Shown: positions 1 to 5,512, counted from the stretch's first letter. The stretch: DNA of 11,363 nucleotides from Okeania sp. (GCF_035285525.1 NZ_JAYKGW010000084.1:1-11363); one strand, 5' to 3'. The notes: generated by a model not told the origin, from the sequence alone. A program made the numbers and translations.

Positions 1-7
1 ATTAAGA

Positions 8-160
8 TAATTTCAATTTATCAATTTTTATTGTAGTTCTTGAAGAATCCCCCCTGCTGTCTTTGAAAGAGGGAGGAGAGCCAACAAAAAGTCCCCCTTT
101 CAAAGGAGGATTTAGGGGGATTGTAACTGAGTAACTCAAACTAAGGTAATTTCAATTTAT
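8..160. repeat. Imperfect palindromic (hairpin) element bracketed by a 14-bp direct repeat; MITE/REP-like
   Basis: TAATTTCAATTTAT occurs at 8-21 and again at 147-160. Between them, the left arm AATCCCCCCTGCTGTCTTTGAAAGAGGGA (46-74) is an imperfect reverse complement of the right arm TCCCCCTTTCAAAGGAGGATTTAGGGGGATT (92-122). There is no ORF. Confidence 0.6.
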
Positions 161-183
161 TAATAACAGCAATGAATGAGGAT

Positions 184-239
184 TAAAAATTTATATAATA
201 ATTTAATATGCAGTAAAAATTGATATAATATTTAAATAT
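184..239 (+). promoter_or_regulatory. Candidate promoter/operator: two tandem ~26-bp direct repeats, each carrying TATAAT; the second is an extended -10 (TGnTATAAT)
   Basis: TAAAAATTTATATAATAATTTAATAT (184-209) is repeated as TAAAAATTGATATAATATTTAAATAT (214-239). TGATATAAT lies at 221-229, followed by AGGAGG at 242-247 and the ATG at 257. No experimental support. Confidence 0.35.
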
Positions 240-256
240 TTAGGAGGAAAAATTTT

Positions 257-454
257 ATGAAAAGTGCAGTTGATATAGCTCGGTATTTTTTATGTTGTGT
301 TGACAGAGAATCATGTCATAAAATCTCTCCTTTAAAACTACAAAAACTTGTATATTATACACAAGCTTAGAGTTTAGTATTTATAAATAAACCTCTGTTT
401 TTTCAAGATTTTGTTCTAGTAGTGGGTATATTATTTCGGAATCGTCTTTCCTAG
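257..454 (+). pseudogene. Panacea / DUF4065 (GepA/SocA-like) antitoxin-domain gene, inactivated by an in-frame TAG and truncated
   Basis: ATG 257 has a strong SD. It translates to MKSAVDIARYFLCCVDRESCHKISPLKLQKLVYYTQA, then TAG (368-370), then SLVFINKPLFFQDF. This matches the DUF4065 N-terminal signature (..A.yfl....g..it.LKLQKLlYYaQaWsL...g.pLF.e.FeAW). The stop sits exactly where the conserved Trp (TGG) is expected. The expected EAW-x-GPV continuation after 412 is missing. Only 257-412 is recognisable. Confidence 0.55.
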
Positions 455-582
455 CAGTAGATGAGGATTTAACCTATAGGATTATTGGGGGTAAAAGTCA
501 TTATTCTCCGAGTTGCTCTCAGAACAGTTTGCGAGATGTTGGGGAAAGAGTTATTAGTTGGTTTGATACTTATTTTAGTTAG

Positions 583-635
583 TCAGGACTTACGAAAAAA
601 AAGTAAGTTTTTGGGTTTCCTCATGTAAGTCCTGA
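583..635. repeat. Perfect 11-bp inverted repeat TCAGGACTTAC / GTAAGTCCTGA (31-nt loop); minimal member of the GGACTTAC-terminal repeat family and a possible bidirectional terminator
   Basis: The arms are 583-593 and 625-635. The hairpin lies 22 nt downstream of the hydrolase stop (657, minus strand) and after the Panacea remnant. The same 11-mer TCAGGACTTAC recurs at 4118-4128, and a partial copy (GGGTAAGTCCTAA) lies near 1634-1646. Confidence 0.55.
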
Positions 636-656
636 TACTTTTACTCTGGGATTAAT

Positions 657-1259
657 TCAATGCTTAATACTCTGAATAAATTTAATTAAATGTTTATGAA
701 ACTCTTCAGTTTTTTTCATATAACAAGCATGACCAGCATCATTTAGAATAATTTTTTGGGCATTAGGTATTAATTCTACTAATAAATCAGCCTGTTCTAT
801 TGGTACTATCCGATCATTACTTCCCCAAATAGCTAATGTTGGTAATTCAATTCCTTTTAATTCATCTTGAAAACGTTCAATTCCTACAGGAGAAATTCCT
901 ACAAAACCTCCTAATTTATCACCATAATTAATCACAAAAGGTAAACTATAACTGCCACTCATCGAAGGAGATACTAAAATCGGCAAATTTAAGTTTAAAT
1001 TATTTAATATTTCTCGTAAAAAACCTAAGCTAGAAACTGATATTCTTTGTGAACGACCATAACCAGGAATATCTACTGCCACAGCTCGATAACCTCGCAT
1101 ATTCAAAAAATCAAGAGTACCTATTTCTTGCCATGTGTGAGCTGTAAAGCTGGCTCCATGTAGTAACAAGACACTAACTGAATTTTTTTGGCCAGTTTCT
1201 AGGTAATGAATCCGAGCATTTTCCAGATGTAAATATTGAGAATTAATATGGTTATTCAT
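657..1259 (-). CDS. Alpha/beta-fold hydrolase, short (200 aa) ABHD14-like type
   Basis: Full-length ORF. It has the HG oxyanion motif (LLLHGASFTAHTW), a nucleophile elbow SPSMSG (S-x-S-x-S instead of G-x-S-x-G), an acid region WGSNDRIVP and a His region DAGHACY. Size and motif order fit the small ABHD14-like hydrolases. Confidence 0.85.
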   Translation of the reverse strand: MNNHINSQYLHLENARIHYLETGQKNSVSVLLLHGASFTAHTWQEIGTLDFLNMRGYRAVAVDIPGYGRSQRISVSSLGFLREILNNLNLNLPILVSPSMSGSYSLPFVINYGDKLGGFVGISPVGIERFQDELKGIELPTLAIWGSNDRIVPIEQADLLVELIPNAQKIILNDAGHACYMKKTEEFHKHLIKFIQSIKH

Positions 1260-1420
1260 AATTTATTGAGGCTAATTTTATGACAGTAGATTTCATCTCA
1301 ATTGGGTATAGATGTTGTAGGCAAGATGCCCAGAATACAGAGGTTTTGTTATGAGTATTTATACTTGGATATACTTGAGAATCTGCTGTATTTTAAATAG
1401 TACAATAAAAATCAAAACTT

Positions 1421-1550
1421 ATATTATGTCCGCTTGAATAGTTACACTTTGGAGGAAGGAAGGCACTGATGCTGAAGGCACTGATGCTGAAGGAAAAGAA
1501 GATTTAAAGGGAAAAGGTTTTTTTGATCACTGATGATCCGGACATAATAT
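1421..1550. mobile_element. 130-bp MITE-like element with 12-bp perfect terminal inverted repeats and an internal 15-bp tandem repeat
   Basis: The TIRs are ATATTATGTCCG (1421-1432) and CGGACATAATAT (1539-1550). The interior has a purine-rich GGAGGAAGGAAGG tract and AGGCACTGATGCTGA x2.2 (1461-1493). A second, inverted, one-ended copy lies at 7865-7947. There is no coding capacity. Confidence 0.6.
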
Positions 1551-1885
1551 TACAAACCTATGTCAGAAATTGGGTTTATTAAGCTGATTTTGGTTGTTCA
1601 AACTAAGAAATTTGGTTGATAAACTTGGTTTTTGGGTAAGTCCTAATGCTGAGACATAAAAAGGTAGAAGTTAGAATTTCTAATTTGGGATAGCAAACTA
1701 ATTATTGGTAAATTTCTATCTTATCACAAAATGAGCTATTTATAATTTACTTGAGGATTTAACTTATCTTTAGTGGGTGCTTTGTTCTTTTTTCCTTCTT
1801 TAAAGGTAATAAAAAAAAGTTGATAGTTATAGCTAACTACTGAATGTTTACTCCTCAACTTATGATACTGCAATGACACTAAAAA

Positions 1886-1983
1886 TGTAGGTTGGGTTGT
1901 TCGCCTCGGCGTTGCGAAGCATGGGAAGAAATCCAACATTAGTAAAGTTTTGTTGGGTTTATCTTCGTTCTACCCAGCCTACG
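1886..1983. repeat. Nostoc-type GTTGGGTT...AACCCAAC hairpin repeat pair (same family as 8889-9084)
   Basis: TGTAGGTTGGGTTGTTCGCC...AAATCCAACATTAGTA (1886-1943) is followed by TGTTGGGTTTATCTTCGTTCTACCCAGCCTACG (1951-1983). Both align to the arm modules of the 100-bp units at 8889-9084. Confidence 0.65.
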
Positions 1984-2051
1984 TTTATTGCTTTATATGT
2001 GTTAGTTTACTACATTTTCAACTAGAGAATTGAAGCACAATTATTTATAAT

Positions 2052-2618
2052 TTAATCTCTAAAAATTTGACAAATTTCTGAGGATAAGCTCTGATAAGTA
2101 TCATTATTTAAAACAGGAATTAAGTTGGTAATATTTATTGGTTTAGTTAAGTTAATCCAAGAACGACAACCACCATATTCTGGTTGATAAAAAATTTCAT
2201 AAACTTGAGATAGTTTATAAGTTCTTAAAAGTAAAACATAAAGATTTTTTTGAGGCTTCCATTTGAGGCGGTCACTAACAAATTTTTCATTCCAAATATG
2301 GTAGGAAAACAATTTATTTAAAGTTGATTTATCACTTACTGGAAAAATATGGGTAATCTCAGAAAAACTACTAATTTTGATTTTTTCAGGATGCCAACCA
2401 GAGTCTACAATTTCCACTTGGTTCGCATATTCTGGTTTGAGTAAACTTGGGTCTTGATGTTCAACAGTTGGGTAGAGTAAAACCTGTTGATGAGCAACAG
2501 TAAAATTACCTCCTTGTTCTTTGATTCCACCTTTTCTTAGTAACATTATTGTGTTGCCATTTTCTAAAGCATTGACAGCAACATTCCATTCTTTAAAAGC
2601 AGCAGTAGTAGTTTCCAT
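2052..2618 (-). CDS. DUF1802 family protein (188 aa), function unknown
   Basis: METTTAAFKEWNVAVNALENGNTIMLLRKGGIKE...HIWNEKFVSDRLKWKPQKNLYVLLLRTYKL...PEYGGCRSWINL matches the conserved blocks I recall for cyanobacterial DUF1802 (KEWAVAv.AL..G.tIlLLRKGGI, HIWNe.FvseRLKWKP, YGGCkSW). The start is placed at ATG 2618 (M76 of the track ORF). ATG 2639 is an alternative. The 5' part of the 263-aa track ORF belongs to a different, frameshifted gene. Confidence 0.8.
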   Translation of the reverse strand: METTTAAFKEWNVAVNALENGNTIMLLRKGGIKEQGGNFTVAHQQVLLYPTVEHQDPSLLKPEYANQVEIVDSGWHPEKIKISSFSEITHIFPVSDKSTLNKLFSYHIWNEKFVSDRLKWKPQKNLYVLLLRTYKLSQVYEIFYQPEYGGCRSWINLTKPINITNLIPVLNNDTYQSLSSEICQIFRD

Positions 2619-2625
2619 ATCAAAT

Positions 2626-2843
2626 TTATAAATAGTCATAATCACTATCTTCAGGATGATGCCAATTTTCTCAAAAGTTGCTTCAGACAGTAGAGTAATA
2701 GAATTAGTCAAACTTTGCTGTTGTTGTCGCTGAGACAAAAAATCCACAAAATCTATTATTTCGGAAACTTTATCGGGAGGTAAACTCCAGATTTTAGCAA
2801 TTAGTATTTTTTCCGACTCGCTGTAAATATTTGTGTTTGTCAT
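2626..2843 (-). pseudogene. Small antitoxin-like gene (DUF2281/VapB-like, cyanobacterial type) with a 1-nt frameshift near 2662-2670
   Basis: From ATG 2843 the frame reads MTNTNIYSESEKILIAKIWSLPPDKVSEIIDFVDFLSQRQQQQSLTNSITLLSEATFEKI. In the current frame it then runs into DUF1802. Shifting one base at TGG (2664-2662) gives WHHPEDSDYDYL followed by TAA (2628-2626). That restores a 72-aa protein with the LPxxxxxEvxDFvxFL and SE..f.KiW..PED..YD.L signatures. The stop lies 7 nt before the DUF1802 ATG. Confidence 0.65.
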
Positions 2844-2921
2844 TAATTTATATCAATATTATCTACTTTATCTATCTGATAGTGGAAAAGGATACTGAAA
2901 GCTAACAAAATCCCTCTTGGC

Positions 2922-3147
2922 TTATCGTTTCAAAACTGAAGTTACAATTACCGTAATGGTAGCGCTAGCAATTAGAGTAAAAGCAAGTTGTACCACCCAT
3001 TGAGTTGCTTTTTGATAATTTTCAAAGCGATCATTGAAACTTTCTACATTAGTAGATAGTAGATAGCTTATCAACGCAAGTGGATAAATTGTCTAACTCA
3101 TTGATAACATCTGTCAGAGTTGGTTCAGTGTTTGGTGTTGTACTCAT
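2922..3147 (-). pseudogene. Small tail-anchored membrane protein gene (ancestrally 72 aa) disrupted by a 7-bp tandem duplication
   Basis: ATG 3147 gives MSTTPNTEPTLTDVINELDNLSTCVDKLSTIY then stop (3051-3049). The +1 frame continues TNVESFNDRFENYQKATQWVVQLAFTLIASATITVIVTSVLKR to the stop at 2924-2922. TAGATAG is duplicated at 3053-3059 and 3060-3066. Removing one copy joins both parts into one 72-aa ORF with a C-terminal TM helix. The total length of 226 nt equals 219 + 7. Confidence 0.6.
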
Positions 3148-3170
3148 AACTATTTCCTTAAATAAGTATC

Positions 3171-3347
3171 ATAACTTACACGGGAGGCACTATATAGAGT
3201 CTTGCTCATTTACGAGATACGCTTTTTCGTATAGGGAATGCTCCGCTTTCCATGTCGCGTAGCGTTTCGGCGCTTGAGCCGACATATAAAGCGGAGCTTT
3301 GCGGAACGCAAAACGCACCCTACAGATAGGGTCCATGGGTAGGTCCT
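3171..3347 (+). repeat. Long member of the GGACTTAC-terminal MITE-like family, containing a ~58-bp internal hairpin
   Basis: ACTTACAC...TTTTTCGTATAGGGAATGCTCCGCTTTCCATGTCGCGTAG (3174-3262) aligns to 4124-4212, and the last 40 nt are identical. An internal hairpin pairs GCTCCGCTTT (3240-3249) with AAAGCGGAGC (3288-3297). The right end GTAGGTCCT (3339-3347) resembles the GTAAGTCCT terminus. Confidence 0.6.
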
Positions 3348-3541
3348 AAGTCTATCTTAGCAAAATGTCAGATTTTTGTAAATTTTTCTTGTAAATTGAT
3401 TGCTTTTTTGGTCATATAAATAAGCGATCGCTGGAACCAAGTCATCCAGAAATATTGTCACAAATGTAAGGATGATGTAGAATAAATAATCTGTTGATCT
3501 GCGCCCAAATCTGTCTTTTGCTACTGAGTTTTATCAAAATC

Positions 3542-3811
3542 ATGGAAGAAATATTTAACAACTTATTATCCCATAAAAACGTCAAAATTAACCAAATAAT
3601 TTCACCCCCAAATTTTGTCAGTGAAGAGTTTATCCAAGACGAAGATGAATGGGTGATATTACTGCAAGGTTCGGCTGTATTGGAAATCAATCAAAAAACA
3701 ACAGAATTAGTTAAAGATAGTCATATTTTCATCCCCGCAAAAACTCCACATAAAATAATATCAACTGACCCAAGTATTGAAACAATTTGGCTAGCAATTC
3801 ATATTTACTGA
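3542..3811 (+). CDS. Small cupin-domain protein (89 aa)
   Basis: MEEIFNNLLSHKNVKINQIIS...DEDEWVILLQGSAVLEI...IFIPAKTPHKIISTDPSIETIWLAIHIY resembles the small cyanobacterial cupins (..vkIerIvS..h.s...wydqd.nEWVivLqG.A.l......l..Gd.l.IPA...HrV.wt.p...TiWLAiH). The start is moved to ATG 3542, because the 16 upstream residues of the track ORF (MICAQICLLLLSFIKI) look non-native. Confidence 0.75.
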   Translation: MEEIFNNLLSHKNVKINQIISPPNFVSEEFIQDEDEWVILLQGSAVLEINQKTTELVKDSHIFIPAKTPHKIISTDPSIETIWLAIHIY

Positions 3812-3836
3812 ATAATGAATAATGAATAATTAATAA
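3809..3836 (+). repeat. Heptamer tandem repeat TGAATAA x3 + TTAATAA x1 (STRR-like), starting at the cupin stop codon
   Basis: The units are 3809-3815, 3816-3822, 3823-3829 (TGAATAA) and 3830-3836 (TTAATAA). The first TGA is the cupin stop. The array places stop codons in all three forward frames. Confidence 0.8.
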
Positions 3837-3880
3837 TTACAGCGGTTTTGAGATTGATAAGCCAAATTTTCATAACCAAA

Positions 3881-3956
3881 ACCCTGTAAGGCCGTTTCGC
3901 TGTGCGAGATATAAAGCGAAACTTTGCGGAGCGCAAATGCCATTCGCTCCTACTGT
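3881..3956 (+). repeat. Dispersed repeat related to 3262-3327 (ATATAAAGCGnAnCTTTGCGGAnCGCAAAnGC core) with its own hairpin
   Basis: GATATAAAGCGAAACTTTGCGGAGCGCAAATGC (3908-3940) matches ACATATAAAGCGGAGCTTTGCGGAACGCAAAACGC (3281-3315). The local stem is GTTTCGCT (3894-3901) with AGCGAAAC (3915-3922). The small TTTGCG-nnn-CGCAAA palindrome is conserved in both copies. Confidence 0.55.
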
Positions 3957-4008
3957 TGTATACTGAAATGAAAACTGCTGTAAATAATTTAGGTTATTAG
4001 AAAAAACT

Positions 4009-4065
4009 GTAGGGGTTTGGTCTCCCAACCCTAGCAAAAATGGGATTTAGAAACCAAACCCCTAC
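4009..4065. repeat. Perfect 13-bp inverted repeat GTAGGGGTTTGGT / ACCAAACCCCTAC (31-nt loop)
   Basis: The arms are 4009-4021 and 4053-4065. It has the same style as the GGGGCGGGTTT...AAACCCGCCCC hairpins at 5574-5805. It is intergenic, between the cupin gene and moeA. Confidence 0.7.
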
Positions 4066-4117
4066 GAGCAAATATTATCAACTATTTAGTTTAAAATTGC
4101 TATAGAATTCAAATAAT

Positions 4118-4250
4118 TCAGGACTTACACAAAGGCAATATATATAGAGTATTGCTCAGTTACGAGATAGGATTTTTCGTATAGGGAATGCTCCGCTTTC
4201 CATGTCGCGTAGGGAAACACATCCTACCAATAGCATTTATTCGTAAGTCA
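4118..4250 (+). repeat. GGACTTAC-terminal MITE-like element (~133 bp), same orientation as the 3171-3347 copy
   Basis: The left end is TCAGGACTTAC (4118-4128) and the right end is GTAAGTCA (4243-4250), giving a 7-bp TIR GACTTAC/GTAAGTC. The interior 4124-4212 aligns to 3174-3262, and 4173-4212 is identical to 3223-3262. Confidence 0.6.
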
Positions 4251-4276
4251 TATCCAACTTATTTAGTAAATTAAAA

Positions 4277-5512
4277 ATGATACCAGTTAATCAAGCAGAA
4301 TCAATTATTTTAAACCTAGTACAACCCTTAAATTTTCATCAAGATGTAGAAATAGTAGACCTATTAACTGGAGCCGGGCGAATATTAGCTACACCAGTCA
4401 GCAGTAAACTAAATTATCCCCACTGGGATAATTCGGCAATGGATGGTTATGCCGTCAAATTTACCGATGTCAAAAACTGTAGTTCTGAAAATCCTGTATC
4501 TCTGGAAATTATAGAAGAAGTTCCCGCTGGGTATCAACCTCAACAGCAAATTCAGTCAGGGCAAACAGCTCGTATTTTTACAGGTAGTTGTATGCCTCCG
4601 GGAGCGGATACAGTAGTCATGCAAGAGGTGACTAAAAGGGAAGGTAACAAGGTGCTGATACTAGAAAGTCCCCAACCTCAAGAATTTATTAGATATCAAG
4701 GTTCATTCTATCAGGCAAATACACCTTTACTAAATCCTGGCATTCGTCTGGGTGCTGCAGAAATAGCTGTTTTGGCAGCGCTGCAATGTCTAGAAATAAC
4801 TGTTTATCGGCGACCAAAAGTGGGAATTATTTCTACTGGTAATGAGTTAGTTTCCCCAGAGCAACCCCTAAAACCAGGTCAGTTAGTTGATTCAAATCAA
4901 TATGCTTTAGCTGTAGCAGTTGCCGATATGGGTGCCGAAGTAATACGTTTTGGTATTGTGCCAGATCAACCGGAAATTTTGCAACAGACTATTACTGAAG
5001 CGGTGAAAACTACAGATTTTGTACTTTCTACTGGTGGAGTCTCTGTGGGAGATTATGATTATGTGGAGGATATTCTCACTCAGTTAGGAGCAAAAATTGA
5101 GATTCATGCTGTGGCGGTTAAACCAGGAAAACCCTTAACTGTGGCTAAATTTGATGATGCTCAATGTTTATATTTTGGTTTGCCTGGAAATCCGGTTTCG
5201 GCGTTGGTTAGTTTTTGGCGGTTTGTGCAACCTGCCTTGAAAAAGTTAGCTGGAGTTGAAGAAGGTGGATGGAAACCTGAGTTTGTCATGGCGCGATCGC
5301 TGCAAGATTTGCGTTCTAATGGTAAACGAGAAACTTATCTGTGGGGTGAGGTAAGTTTAGGGAATAATGGTTATGAGTTTCAACTAGCGATGGGTAGTCA
5401 CAGTTCGGGAAATTTAATTAATTTAGCTGGTGCTAACGGTTTAGCAGTAGTGCCATTAAATCAAACTTTGATTCCTGCGGGTGAGTTAGTTCGGGTGTTG
5501 AGAATTAAGTGA
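4277..5512 (+). CDS. moeA: Molybdopterin molybdenumtransferase MoeA (411 aa)
   Basis: Full-length ORF with typical MoeA blocks: N-terminal ..V.qAesiIL, SAMDGYAV, ARIFTGSCMPPGADTVVMQE, ISTGNELV, LSTGGVSVGDYDYV, VAVKPGKPL, GLPGNPVSALVSF. Confidence 0.93.
   Translation: MIPVNQAESIILNLVQPLNFHQDVEIVDLLTGAGRILATPVSSKLNYPHWDNSAMDGYAVKFTDVKNCSSENPVSLEIIEEVPAGYQPQQQIQSGQTARIFTGSCMPPGADTVVMQEVTKREGNKVLILESPQPQEFIRYQGSFYQANTPLLNPGIRLGAAEIAVLAALQCLEITVYRRPKVGIISTGNELVSPEQPLKPGQLVDSNQYALAVAVADMGAEVIRFGIVPDQPEILQQTITEAVKTTDFVLSTGGVSVGDYDYVEDILTQLGAKIEIHAVAVKPGKPLTVAKFDDAQCLYFGLPGNPVSALVSFWRFVQPALKKLAGVEEGGWKPEFVMARSLQDLRSNGKRETYLWGEVSLGNNGYEFQLAMGSHSSGNLINLAGANGLAVVPLNQTLIPAGELVRVLRIK

Noticed and set aside
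1736-1939. 67-aa ORF on the minus strand (MLDFFPCFATPRRTTQPTF...)
   Set aside because: Its N-terminal part is read straight through the GTTGGGTT/AACCCAAC repeat modules at 1886-1983, and the rest is low-complexity AT-rich sequence. This is a typical spurious repeat-derived ORF.
2655-2675. Programmed -1 ribosomal frameshift joining or separating the antitoxin and DUF1802 frames
   Set aside because: The site (GAG AAA ATT GGC) has no canonical X-XXY-YYZ slippery heptamer in the zero frame, and I saw no obvious downstream stimulatory structure. A simple indel or sequencing error is more parsimonious.
2052-2843. Treating the 263-aa ORF as one genuine gene
   Set aside because: It has two unrelated halves. 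An out-of-frame canonical antitoxin C-terminus and stop lie 7 nt before an internal ATG that gives a full-length DUF1802. It is best explained as two genes joined by a 1-nt frameshift.
3080-3262. 60-aa ORF on the plus strand
   Set aside because: It is antisense to the better-supported (repairable) small membrane protein gene, and its 3' half runs into the dispersed repeat at 3174-3262. It has no recognisable motifs.
3442-3690. 82-aa minus-strand ORF, and the 3494 start of the cupin ORF
   Set aside because: The minus ORF is antisense to the cupin gene and is Ser/Ile-rich with no motifs. The 16-residue extension from 3494 (MICAQICLLLLSFIKI) does not resemble the family N-terminus, while ATG 3542 (MEEIFNNLL) does.
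4213-4276. Molybdenum-cofactor riboswitch upstream of moeA
   Set aside because: The leader is only about 60 nt beyond the repeat element, is AT-rich, and shows none of the conserved stems or GC-rich core of the Moco RNA motif as I recall it.
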